This document shows positions 53,401-64,000 of a stretch of DNA of 64,000 nucleotides, in pieces. Source of the stretch: Heterodontus francisci (taxonomy: Eukaryota). How positions within the stretch are numbered: the first letter of the stretch is position 1; every line of letters begins with the position of its first letter. The position numbers and the translations under genes are program-made. The DNA lies in contig NC_090402.1 of NCBI RefSeq assembly GCF_036365525.1, positions 23,071,308-23,135,307 on the forward strand. Direction: 5' to 3'. Below the pieces are notes generated by a model. The model was not told where the DNA came from and ran no database searches. It saw only the letters and a list, made by a program, of their open reading frames with translations.

Positions 53401-56400
53401 GTGCAGCACTGGCTTGTCAACCTAGATTTTGTACTCAGCTCCTTGGGTCCTGGGTGGGATTTGAACCTACAACCTTCTGACTCAAAGGTAAGAGTGCTAC
53501 CAACTGAACCACAGCTGACATCTGCAGGGATTAGTTAAGTTATACAGACCAGAAAGTCCAAGATTTAATCTCCAATCTGTACTGACGTAGCTGATCTCAG
53601 CTGAGACAGTGGTAGAAGTATACAATTGGCTTTACTGTGTGTCACAATGAGTGGATTTTGTTCATTCCATATTAATTGGTTGCTGTTTTAACGATCAACA
53701 GTGGTACTTTAATCCTAGATCTGATTGTTTCACTAGCTTAAATGGCTGCATCAATGGAAATAGTAATGCTTCCCATTTCTGGGTCAGTTGACGTTTTTAA
53801 TCAAGAAATGAACTCTGTTGCTATGGAGAACATGGATGTTGATTTCATTTTTGTCTATGATGATTCAAAGTTCCTGGATGGATCTGTGAATACTTTCTAG
53901 TACTCCATTCGCATCTATATATACTTGGATAGTTTAGTTTAGTTTAGTTTAGAGATACAGCACTGTAACAGGCCCTTCGGCCCACCAAGTCTGTGCCGAC
54001 CATCAACCACCCATTTATACTAATCCTACACTAATCCCATATTCCTACCACATCACCTGTCCCTACATTCTCCTACCACCTACCTATACTAGTGGCAATT
54101 TATAATGGCCAATTTACCTACCAACCTGCAAGTCTTTTGGCTTGTGGGAGGAAACCAGAGCACCCGGAGAAAACCCACGCAGACACTGGGAGAACTTGCA
54201 AACTCCACACAGGCAGTACCCAGAATTGAACCCGGGTCGCTGGAGCTGTGAGGCTGCGGCCGCCCTCTGTGGTGACCAGAACTGTACACAATACTCCAGC
54301 TGTGGCCTAACTAGCGTTTTATACAGCTCCATCATAACCTCCCTGCTCTTATATTCTATGCCTCGGCTAATAAAGGCAAATATCCCATATGCTTTCCTAA
54401 CCACCTTATCTCCCTGTGCTGCTACCTTCAGTGATCTATGGACAAGTACACCAAGGTCCCTCTGTACTTCCTAGGATCCTACCATCCATTGTATATTCCC
54501 TTGCCTTGTTAGTCCTCCCAAAATGCATCACCTCACACTCTCAGTATGAAATTCCATTTGCCACAGCTCCGTCCATCTTACCAGCCCATCTATATCATCC
54601 TGTAATCTAAGGCTTTCCTCCTCACTACTTACAACACCACTTTTCCCTTTATATAGCTTTTAAATTCCCAAGTTGTAATTTTAAAAATTTCTTTCATGGG
54701 ATGTGGGCGTCGCTGGTTAGGCCAGCATTTGTTGCCTATCCCTAATTGCCCTTGAGAAGGTTGAGGTGAGCCGCCTTTTTGAACCGCTGCAATCCATCTA
54801 GGGCAGTTACTCTCAAAGTGCTTTTGATCCAGCGACAGTGAAGGAACGGCGATATAATTCCAAGTCAGGATGGTGTGTGGCTTGGAGGGGAAATTGTAGG
54901 TAGTGGTTTTCCCATGCATCTGCTGCCCTTGTCCTTCGAGGTGGTAGAGGTTGCGGGTTTGGAAGGTGCTGTCTAAGGAGCCTTGGTGAGTGCATCTTGT
55001 ATATGGTACACATTGCTGTCACTGTGTGTAGGTGGCAGAGGGAGTGAATGTTGAAGGTGGTGGATGGGGTGCCAATCAAGGGAACTGCTTTGTCCTGGAT
55101 GGTGTTGAGCTTTTTGAGTGTTGTTGGAGCTGTACCCATCCAGGCAAGTGGAGAGTATTCCATCACACTCCTGACTTGTGCCTTGTAGATGGTGGACAGG
55201 ATTTGAGGAGTCAGGAGGTGAGTTATTCACCTCAGATTTTCCGGGGTCTGATCTGCTCTTGTAGCCACAGTATTTATATGACTGATCCAGTTCAGTTTCT
55301 GGTTAATGGTAACCTCCAGGATAGTGGAGGCTTCAGCGATGGTAATGCAATTCAATGTTCTGGGGAGATGGTTAGATTCTCTCTTGTTGGAGACTGTCAA
55401 TGCCTGGCACTTTTGTGGCATGAATGTTCCTTGCAACTTCTCAGCCCAAGCCTGACTGTTGTCCAGGTCTCGCTGCATATGGACACGGGCTGCTTCAGTA
55501 TCTGAGGAGTTGCAAGTAGTACTGAACATTGTGCAATTATCAGTGAACATCCCCACTTCTGACCTTATGATGGAGGGAAGGTCATTGATGAAGCAGCTGA
55601 AGATGGTTGGGCCTAGGCTACTACCCTAAGGAACTCCTGCAGTGATGTCCTGGACCTGAGATGATTTGCCTTGAACAACCATAACTATCTTCCTTTGTGC
55701 TAGGTATGACTCCAACCAATGGAGAGCTATCCCCCCAAATCTCATTGAATTCAATTTTTCTAGGGTTCCTTGATGCCACACTCCATCAAATACTATCTTG
55801 ATATCCAGGACAGTCACTTTCACCTCACCTCACCTCTTGTCTTCAGTTCTTTTGTCCATGTTTGGACCAAGGCTGTAATGAGGTCAGCAGCCGAGTGGCC
55901 CTGGTGGAACCCAAACGGAGCCTCTGTGAGCAGGTTATTCCTGTTTAAGTGCCGCTTGATAGTACTGTTAATGACACCTTCCATCACTTTGCTGATGATC
56001 GAGAGGAGGCTGATAGGGTGATAATTGGCAATAGGCCAGGTAGGATTTGTCCTACTTTTTGTGGATAGGACATACCTGAGCAATTTTCCACATTGTTGGG
56101 TAGATGCTAATGTTGTAGCTGTACTGGAACAGATTGGCACAGCTAGTTCTGGAGCACAAGTACTATTTCCGGAATGTTATCAGGGCCTATAGCCTTTGCC
56201 GTATCCAGTGCCTTCAGCCATTTCTTGTTATCATGTGGAGTGAATCGAATTGGCTGGAGATTGGCATCTGAGAGGCTGGGGACCTCAGGAGGCTGAGATG
56301 GATCATTCACTCGGTACTTCTGGCTGAAGATGAATGCAAATGCTTCAGCCTTGTCTTTTGCACTGATGTGCTGGGCTCCCCCATCATTGAGAATGGAGGT

Positions 56401-59400
56401 ATTTGTGGAGCCTCCTCCTCCAGTTAGTTGTTTAATTGTCCACCACCATCCACAACTGGATGCGGCAGGACTGCAGATCTGACCTGCTGGTTGTGGGATC
56501 GCTTTGCGCTATCTATCGCATGCCGCTTCCGCTGTTTAGTCCTGTGTTTCTTGTAGTTCAGCAGTGCAATGCGCTTAGCGGCTATGACAGGTTCCAGCTC
56601 TTCAAAGTGAGATTGAAACCAGTCTGCATTCTGCTTCACACATTTGCCATAGGTGGTCATTGCTGAGTCATAGATGGCGTCTCTGATGTGGGCCCACTTG
56701 GTCTCTGCCATTCTTACCCAGTCTGGCCTATACATGACTCCAGATGCACAGCAACGTGGTTTGATACTTAATTGTACTCTGAAAGAGCCTAGCAAGCCAC
56801 TCAGTTGTACCAAATGTTATGAAAAACTCACAGACTGCTTAACAGCTTAAGAAGGCGGCCCACCTTCTCAAAGGGAATTAGGGATGGGCTGGTGTTGCCA
56901 GTGACGCCCGCATACTGTGAAGATTAATAAAAAAACTTGCTTTCTTTAAAAATATATAGTTTTGTGTGAAAATCGTTAAGAAACTTAGTATTAAGAAACC
57001 TGGGTAAAAGTGCAAGCACAGAGCATTACCGAATTTGTAGGATTGAAGATAAAGTAAATGAAAAGCTAATAGCACCAAACCTGGGTTCAAAAACCTGTAG
57101 TCTATAGGATTAAGGAAAGACTGAGATAAGTAAGGAATTCAACAGATCCTGAAAATAATGAGTTAGAACAGAAGACAGTGCAATACATCTTTATTTCAAC
57201 ATACTGTTGATGCAGGGAGGTGGAAGAATGTACAACAGGACAGAAAAAGACATTTTAATACTCTGCAGGTGCTATCACTCAATCATCAATCCTCCTCTAT
57301 ATCACCATCATTACATATTCATCAATGACCTTCCTTCAATCAAAGGGTCAGAAGTGGGGATGTTCGCTGATGATTGAACGATGTTCAGCACCATTCGCGA
57401 CTCCTCAGATATTGAAGCAGTCCGTGTAGAAATGCAGCAAGACCTGGACAATATCCATGCTTGGGCTGATAAGTGGCAAGTAACATTCATGCCACACAAA
57501 TGGCAGGCAATGAACATCTCCAACAAGAGAGAATCTAACCATCTCCCCTTGACATTCAATGGCATTACCATCGCTGAATCCCCCACTATCAACATCCTAC
57601 CATTGACCAGAAACTGAACCGTGGCTACAAGAGCAGGTCAGAGGCTAGGAATCCTGCGGCGAGTAACTCACTTCCTGACTCCCCAAAGCCTGTCCACCAT
57701 CTACAAGGCTCAAGTCAGGAGTGTGTTGGAATACTCTCCACTTGCCTGGATGGGTGCAGCTCCAACAACACTCAAGAAGCTCGGCACCATCCAGAACAAA
57801 GGAGCCTGCTTGATTGACACCCCATCCACAAATATTCCCTCCCTCCACCACCGACGCACAGTGGCAGCAGTGTGTACCATCTACAAGATGCACTGCAGCA
57901 ACACACCAAGGCACCTAAGACAGCACCTTCCAAACCCTCGACCTCTACCCATTTGAAGGACAAGGGCAGCAAATGCATGGGAACACCACCAGCAAGATCC
58001 CCTCCAAGTCACACACCATCCTGACTTGCAACTATATCGCCGTTCCTTCACTGTCACTTGGTCAAAATGCCGGAACTCCCTTCCTAACAACACTGTGGGT
58101 GTACCTACCTCTCATGGACTGCAGATGTTCAAGAAGTCAGCTTACTCAAGGGCAATTAGGGATGGGAAATAAATGCTGGCCTAGGCAGCGACACCCAAAT
58201 CCCATGAAAAATATACTGAACAGAAACAGGTCATTCGGCCTAACCAGTCCTTGCTGCCATTTATGCTCCACTTGAACTTAGTCCCATCCTTCCTCAGCTC
58301 ACTCAATCAGCATAATTCTCTATTCTTTTCTCCCTCATATACATATCTAGCTTCCCCTTAAATGCATCAATATTCACTTCAACTACTTTCTGTATAGATG
58401 CAGAAATCAACAAGCGCATGGGAAAGGCTTCCACTGCTATGTCCAGACTGGCCAAGAGAGTGTGGGAAAATGGCGCACTGACACGGAACACAAAAGTCCG
58501 AGTGTATCAAGCCTGTGTCCTCAGTACCTTGGCTCTATGGCAGCGAGGCCTCGACAACGTATGTCAGCCAAGAGCGACGTCTCAATTCATTCCATCTTTG
58601 CTGCCTCCAGAGAATACTTGGCATCAGGTGGCAGGACCGTATCTCCAACACAGAAGTCCTCGAGGCGACCAACATCCCCAGCTTATACACACTACTGAGT
58701 CAGCGGCGCTTGAGATGGCTTGGCCATGTGAGCCGCGTGGAAGATGGCAGGATCCCCAAAGACACATTGTACAGCGAGCTCGTCATCGGTACCAGACCCA
58801 CCGGCCGTCCATGTCTCCGCTTTAAAGACGTCTGCAAACGCAACATGAAGTCCTGTGACACTGATCACAAGTCGTGGGAGTCAGTTGCCAGCGTTCGCCA
58901 GAACTGGCGGGTAGCCATAAAGGCGGGGCTAAAGTGCGGCGAGTCGAAAGACTTAGCAGTTGGCAGGAAAAAAGACAGAAGCGCAAGGGGAGAACCAACT
59001 GTGTAACAGCCCCGACAAACAAATTTTTCTGCAGCACCTGTGGAAGAGCCTGTCACTCTCGAATTGGCCTTTATAGCCACTCTAGGTGTTGCTCCACACA
59101 CCACTGACCACCTCCAGGCGCTTACCCATTGTCTCTCGAGATAAGGAGGCCAAAGAAAGACTTTCTGTAAATAGCAAGCTGCATATTCTCACTACTTTCC
59201 AGGTAAAGAAGTTTATTTTCTTGGTGACTATCTTATATTGATACCCTCTAGTTTTGCTCTTCCCCACAAGTGGAAACTCTTTCTGTGTCTACTCTATCAA
59301 AATCTTTTTTTTTATTTTAAGAGACCTCTATTAGGTCTCCCCTCAGCCTTCTTTTTTCAAGAAAAGAAAAAAAAAGAGACCCAGCCTTTCCAGATAGGTA

Positions 59401-59708
59401 CAACCTGGCAATTGGCAATTCTGCTATCATTCCTGTAAATCTTTTTGCACCCTCTCCAATGCCTTTAACAATATGGCAAAAAGTACTGTACACATTTATA
59501 TATTATCTTTCAAAAACTTGTTATGCATGTATAGTTTCAAGAGCAGAAGAATAAATGAGGAGGGACATGTTATTCCTGTTTCACAGTGCCATTTTACAGT
59601 TACAATACCCATTGATAAGAGTCAAATTAAATGTACATATGCTTTGAGATCCTACCATGTCGCTATTTGGGGACTTTCCCCTGGCTCCAAGACAGTCAGC
59701 AATTCCAT
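44144..59708 (-). CDS. RABEPK: Rab9 effector protein with kelch motifs (p40), complete spliced CDS, about 376 aa
   Basis: complement join(59656..59708,51374..51525,49928..50080,47607..47768,45931..46080,45326..45475,44144..44454) = 1131 nt, in phase. MELLTVLEPGESPQIATWYALVPRG..RVGH, IVGGANPNGSFSD, LLPRYEHS, LYVFGGG, PRHGHVMVAVG..LFIHGG, IFIFGGM, RLDHAMC, LIFGGMDTRGEIYSDC. Located between HSPA5 and PPP6C. Confidence 0.95.
45326..45475 (-). CDS. RABEPK: RABEPK coding exon 6 (alternative in-frame acceptor at 45481)
   Basis: NMKWKKVKMKGDIPGGCAAHS...IFGGMDVTGALNTMYKYDV. Confidence 0.9.
45931..46080 (-). CDS. RABEPK: RABEPK coding exon 5
   Basis: TLSWSQQPTEGRSPAPRHGHVMVAVGSKLFIHGGLAGDKFFNDMYVINT. 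Confidence 0.92.
46617..46884. repeat. Copy 2 of the local duplication, in a RABEPK intron
   Basis: Collinear with 42986-43238, same orientation, with small indels. Confidence 0.9.
46926..47257 (+). mobile_element. HE1-type V-SINE with 8-bp TSD
   Basis: TSD caaattag at 46918-46925 and 47258-47265. Confidence 0.9.
47607..47768 (-). CDS. RABEPK: RABEPK coding exon 4
   Basis: ETGVWRSPAVNGTPPTPRTCHGSTAAIGDCLYVFGGGDKGAEPVQDTQLHAFDK. Confidence 0.92.
48017..49196. mobile_element. Non-autonomous Harbinger-like TIR element with nested Zenon-like LINE 3' fragment (about 48362-48900, - strand)
   Basis: Imperfect TIRs ggcccagaaattgc / gcaaattctgaccc. The insert matches the 23830-24340 region. Confidence 0.6.
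49928..50080 (-). CDS. RABEPK: RABEPK coding exon 3
   Basis: DRHEWDVPEWKGLLPRYEHSSFVPVSRPGDLWLFGGADECANRNSIQVLNF. Confidence 0.92.
51374..51525 (-). CDS. RABEPK: RABEPK coding exon 2
   Basis: YALVPRGENPSVRVGHTLTYVPDISEKGKVIIVGGANPNGSFSDAHILEL. Confidence 0.92.
52480..52728 (+). mobile_element. Penelope terminal fragment (partial hammerhead 5' half)
   Basis: cttctgatgaaaggtcatc...ctccacagatgctgcc...ttccagcagtattttgctttt. Confidence 0.6.
53085..53520 (-). mobile_element. Deu-domain SINE, near full length
   Basis: Reverse complement of the 5395 family, with a tRNA-like head (ggatttgaacc...gctaccaactgaaccac). Confidence 0.7.
53930..54266 (-). mobile_element. HE1-type V-SINE (A-box region deleted), followed by CR1 fragment 54267-54640
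   Basis: (gttta)n tail and reverse complement of the 14284 element. Confidence 0.85.
54683..56535 (-). mobile_element. Zenon-like CR1-superfamily LINE, decayed RT
   Basis: Collinear with 23830-25690 (MEYSPLAW, ITAGVP, GFHQGHSAADLITAL). Confidence 0.85.
56545..56710 (-). mobile_element. RTE LINE internal fragment
   Basis: ETKWAHIRDAIYDSAMTTYGK..NADWFQSHFEELEPVIAAKR resembles the RTE endonuclease-RT linker. Confidence 0.55.
57317..58215 (+). mobile_element. Zenon-like LINE 3' part
   Basis: FINDLPS..FADD, WADKWQVTF, LEYSPLAW, characteristic 3' UTR. Confidence 0.85.
58395..59159 (+). mobile_element. 5'-truncated RTE LINE with 10-bp TSD, inserted in a CR1 fragment (58215-59470, - strand)
   Basis: TSD actttctgta at 58385-58394 and 59160-59169. 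Collinear with 1-720 but frameshifted. Confidence 0.92.
59656..59708 (-). CDS. RABEPK: RABEPK first coding exon (exon spans 59656-59723)
   Basis: ATG GAA TTG CTG...ACA TG|gtagg = MELLTVLEPGESPQIATW. Phase 2 matches the next exon. Acceptor ttccag at 59724. Confidence 0.9.
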
Positions 59709-60488
59709 AACCTTTTGATAAATCTGGAATAAAACTGTCAGATATTGACCAATTAAACTCATATGTCCTGAATAAAAACTAATTGCATCACAATTTAATC
59801 ATTATTAAATTACACTAACATGAATACTTCAATCAATCCGTGGAACAGCAAACAACTGTCTGTAGTTTTGAATCCGTTTTATCAGTCACCCAAGCTTTCC
59901 TAATGATCCTTGGGATTGAGTTCAAAAATCAAACGAACAAAAATCTTATTCAGATATTACAAAATATATATTACCGATCCTTGGGGAGCACGTACTGTAT
60001 ACTTCTCCCCAGTATGATAAATAAATGTTCATCGCTACTCTCTGCTTTCCATCTCTGAACCAATTTTGTATCCTCGTTATCACTATTCATTTAATCATAT
60101 GGGTTTCAATTGACCTCCTAATAGCAGGTTAAATGTTAGATATTTGTTGTGTTCCCTTAGAATAAGCTTTCACAGCAGCCCCCACAATCACACTTTCCTC
60201 AGATTTAAATGTAATATTGCATCCTTGTAATATTTGAACAAACGCCGACCCTCCCCAAATATCAGGAAGTTAAATTTGTAAGTTAATGTGCCTCTTGCTT
60301 CCGGGAAACAAATAAGAATACACAAAAAACGAAAAGGATCTCAAAACTATTGGGTCCCTGACAGTTGCACAGCATCCGATCTGAAGGGCTTGCTTAACAA
60401 CACCGATGGAAACCACCTACTTTCGGGTCCCGTTTCTCCATACATCCAATGACTGACAGATGTAGCACCTTTTAATTAGTATACTTAC

Positions 60489-60570
60489 TCCAGCAGGACG
60501 GTGCCGCGAATGCTTTGTGCTCTCTTCCCCCAACTTCTTTCCTCAGCGTTGTTTAGACAATCTCTAATCT
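60489..60570 (-). other. RABEPK: RABEPK putative non-coding exon 1 (TSS approximate)
   Basis: Strong minus-strand donor GGA|gtaagta at 60488, at the edge of the CpG-rich promoter. Confidence 0.65.
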
Positions 60571-60845
60571 TTGAACTTTCAACTGTACCATGAAGCCGAC
60601 CAATGGGGAGGGCAGCGCGCGAATACAGGGTTAAACTCACGAGCAAAGAGCCAATGAGAGTTCCGCATGACCAAGGGAACCGGGTTAATCTTAAAAAGGG
60701 AAACCGACCATTAACAAGTGATCGGGAAGTGTTAAGGATAGGAGTGGTAAGGCAAAGCGTTGAGCCGGTTCCTTCAGGCGGTGGCCGAGATACCGGAAAC
60801 GCGTCATTGGCCCGGGGCTCGTTCAGTTCGTGTCTCAAAATGGCG
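60570..60845. promoter_or_regulatory. Bidirectional RABEPK/PPP6C promoter
   Basis: CpG-rich, no TATA. CCAAT at 60600 and 60651, ATTGG at 60806. ETS-like GGAAGTG (60725) and CCGGAAA (60793). YY1-like AAAATGGCG overlapping the PPP6C ATG. Confidence 0.7.
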
Positions 60846-60914
60846 CCTCTGGACCTGGATAAGTATGTGGAGATAGCTCGGCAGTGTAAATACCTCCCCG
60901 AAAATGACCTGAAG
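60840..60914 (+). CDS. PPP6C: Protein phosphatase 6 catalytic subunit, coding exon 1 (gene continues beyond the window)
   Basis: [25 protein letters not shown], then donor AAG|gtaacg. Recognisable PP6c N-terminus, syntenic with RABEPK/HSPA5. Confidence 0.95.
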
Positions 60915-61779
60915 GTAACGTGCTAATGGGTTTCTTATTTCATTAATTTGATTCTTTCTTCTTGTCCTGTTAAATTTATTAAAGTCTTTGGTCGGCGTGT
61001 AAATTTATAGCGGCGCAACGGGAACTGTCAGGACTACAAATTTAGGCTGTACCTTTGCATTTTGGGGCCTTTGGTCTTGTATATCAAGTTCTACGGTACT
61101 TGCGTACTTTGCCTTTTGATATAAATATAATAAGGGAGCCCACGTTTCCCGTACGACTATTTTGGGCCGCTCATTAGGTCAATGCTGTAATGCCACCAGA
61201 ATAAAAACAACATAAGTGCTGCCCCCCTCCCCCCACACACCCCGCCCCTGTAGGAGGGACCACTCATATATGATTAGTATAACTTGTCCGTCCAAAGTGG
61301 GATATGTACAAATAAAATTAAATTATAATCTGGTTCGTTTCATCAACGATATGGTTAACTTTCTTCGCTGCCCAATGATCGCGGAAGGCTGGATCATTTG
61401 GTAAGGGTGAAATGGTACACGGGTTTTCGGGTCGTTCGCAGGTGTTTTGCTCAGCTGCGATTCTGTCATGTCATTTCGAGACTGTTTAATCAGAGTGTAA
61501 ATTCTGATCCACATTCGCGCTACTAACTTTTGTTTTAATTGATTCGAAATGGATCGATTTCTATGCTTATTGAACCCAAAAGAGAGGCTGTATTATTTTG
61601 TTGGCTGCAACGGGGCTGGAAAGCTTTCATAAGCTGAGTTGTGGATTCTTTAAAGTATTCAACCATTACTGCTTTTCTTTTTTTTTTTAAAAAAAGCATA
61701 TTGGTCAAATGGTTTAAGTGAAGGAGGAGGTATGTGAGACACTGAATGGGCTAAATATTGATAGAGGGATTACAAAACT

Positions 61780-62472
61780 GGATTACTTGTTCAAAACTGG
61801 TGAGTTTTTTTGATGAGTTAGCAGAGAAGGTTGATATGGTGTACATGGACTTCCAAAAGGCATTTGAGAAAGTATCACATAATAGGCTTGCCAGCAAAGC
61901 TGAAGCCCACGGAATAAAAGGGACAATGGCAGAATGAATGCTAAGTTGTCTGAGTGAGAGGAGTGAGTGTTGAACGGTTGTTTCTTGGACTGGAGGAAGT
62001 TGTACAGTGGTGTTCTCCAGGGGTTGGTACTTGGGCCACTGCTTTTCTTAATCTATATTAATGACCTGGATGGTTATACAGGCACTATTTCAGAATTTAG
62101 AGAAGAGAAGGTTGAGAGGAAATTTGATAGAGGTGTTCAAAATCATGAGTTTGTACTGAATAGATGGGGTGAAACTTTCCCCGTTGGTCACAAACGAGAG
62201 GGCACAGATTTAAGGTGATTGGCAAAAGAATCACAGGCAACGGAGAAGAAACTTTTTTATGCTGCGAGTGGTTAGCATCTGGAATGTGCTGCCTGAGGTG
62301 GTGGAGGCAGATTCAATTGTGGGTTTCAAAAGGGGATTGGCAAGGAGAATTTGCAAACCTCTGGGGAAAGAGCAGGGGCATGGGATGAGCAGAGTTACTG
62401 TTGCAGAGAGCTGGCATGAACATGACAGGCTAAATCGCCTCCTTTATGTGCTGTTACCATTCTATGATTCTC
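61780..62472 (+). mobile_element. Decayed CR1 fragments in PPP6C intron 1
   Basis: YMDFQKAF, GVLQGLVLGPLLFLIYINDL, tail ttctatgattct. Confidence 0.7.
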
Positions 62473-62474
62473 AA

Positions 62475-64000
62475 TACTATAAATCACGTCTAATAAGTCA
62501 ACCTTTGAAGCCTCCAAATATCATTCCAAAAATGGGCATTGACTTCTATGCCGAGTATAAAATGTGATCCGCTGGTGTGGGTGGTCGCCATTTTGAAATG
62601 TGAAAAAAAATCGATGTGGCTCAGTTTATTGAATAAATTAATTCTACAGCAATACCTTTAACTGCAGTCAAAGCATTTTTGCCGCTGTCTGATGAGGAGT
62701 TGCTGGAAACCGGTAATTTTGGCATCAAGGTCTTTTGGTAGTCTCTGAGCAATCTTGGTCTTCTGCTGCAATTCTAGGCATTTTCGTTCCGTAAAGCAAG
62801 TACACCAACCAGCTGTTGCTCTGAAATTTTTGCTGAACTCGGTTTGATTTGGTCCACTTAAGTGCATATATACGCATTGCATTTTTGGTGCCAGTAATCA
62901 TTTTGACAATTTCCGAGGGCCCGTTCTGATAAGGCTGCGTTTGCTGACAACGCATCTGCTAGGTGGTGCAGTACTGCCACATGTGCAAATGCTGCCTCAT
63001 CATCAGAAACGTCACTGCAGCGTCTCAGCCAGCTGCCAGTAATAAAAATGGCACTGCTCAATTTGACACAAAACAAATTGAACCCAGACCACCTCACACT
63101 TCAATGGCCGCGATTGCTGCCTCCACACTGCCCCTCCCCTCAACAGTACCCCAATCCCCCTCGTGATCGCTGCTTCTCTTCCCTGTTCCCTTCTGCAATC
63201 GCTGCCTGAATCGCCGCATTCAGTTTCCTGCTTCCTCCTGTGATCGCTGTTTCTCTTCCCTGCTGCCTCCCGCACTTGCCTTCTCGCCTCTCCCAACTGC
63301 TTGCCGCTCCATCCAACGACTTGCTCCCGGCCTTGCTGCCTGGAAAAGCCACGACAGGGAGGTAGGGGAGCTGGTGGGTGCCGGAGAGAACGGTGGGAGG
63401 GAGCAGGGGTACCTTTGGTGGAGGCAGTGATCGAGGCTACTGAGGGCTGAAGCAGCACTTTGATGTCATTATGTGGTGACGCTGATGCACGTGTGCACGG
63501 ACCCATACAGGCAAGCAGGCAAATGGTCGGACACACTGATAACATCGGCGATCACTCTGTCAGGCAACACTCCGTTCCGATTAATGGTTCTCAAGATCAG
63601 CTCTGTGTTTGTTCCCTGTTCTCATGGTGCATTTGGTCTCTGGCGTTGTCTTCAGAACAGATTCTTTCTTTGTCCGTTCTTGCACCAGTTTTTCGCTAAC
63701 ACTGAAATTTCCTTGCTGCAGCACAGTTATTTGACGAGTTAGCAAACATTGCGACTTTTAGTTTGAAACCGGCTTCATACTTTATTTGTTTTGCTGGAGG
63801 ACCCACTTCTCTTCGTCATTCACCAGGCGGGGTCTGCTCTGTGTGGACGTGCCTTAAACTCCATGCATCTTTGTAACACAGCCCGTATCACCAGCTTGAT
63901 CCTTTGCGCCTAGTTATAAGGTAAGTAAAACATGTATTTGTGGGGCAAAAAATTGCGGCTGACTACTAATGTGTATATAGCATGTGGCTGAAAAGGGGGA
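62475..64000 (-). mobile_element. pogo/Tigger-type (POGK-like) DNA transposon remnant, DDE deleted, with an insert of about 640 bp
   Basis: - strand about 63800-63580: KYEAGFKLKVAMFANSSNNCAAARKF/SEKLV (Brinker-like HTH). 62900-62658: NAMRIYALKW/FRATAGWC..QKTKIAQRLPKDLDAKITGFQ (CENP-B-type HTH). TA-started TIR-like end at 62475. Confidence 0.75.

Noticed and set aside
60603-60839. N-terminal extension of PPP6C (107-aa ORF)
   Set aside because: The upstream ATG is part of a CCAAT box in the promoter. The conserved protein begins at MAPLDLD (60840).
63460-63520. PPP6C exon 2 (SLCGDADARVHG resembles the VCGDIHG phosphatase motif)
   Set aside because: The GDxHG spacing is wrong, the preceding LLEESNVQPV-type sequence is missing, and it lies inside a TE insert.

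Overview
Eukaryotic (cartilaginous fish, most likely shark) genomic DNA, not prokaryotic. The taxon is inferred from HE1-type V-SINEs and shark-type CR1/Penelope/Harbinger repeats. It contains three host genes in the conserved vertebrate order. HSPA5/BiP is complete (+ strand, ATG 34865, stop 40127, 650 aa, ends in KDEL, 9 coding exons plus a 5' non-coding exon) behind a TATA/ERSE promoter. RABEPK is complete (- strand, ATG 59708, stop 44144, about 376 aa, 7 coding exons plus a non-coding first exon), convergent with HSPA5. The first coding exon of PPP6C (+ strand, 60840-60914) lies head-to-head with RABEPK across a promoter of about 350 bp. The first 33 kb and most introns are nested, mostly decayed transposable elements: CR1, Zenon-like CR1, RTE and L2 LINEs, Penelope with hammerhead motifs, HE1 and Deu-type SINEs, solo LTRs, PIF/Harbinger and pogo DNA transposons. 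I see no clearly new biological system. The best leads are a duplicated RABEPK 3'-region segment carrying AATAAA inside a RABEPK intron, Penelope hammerhead ribozyme motifs, the ERSE array, an extra HSPA5 intron, the compact bidirectional promoter, a young RTE family and several nested insertion stacks. All calls were made by eye. Repeat boundaries are approximate unless a TSD is quoted.
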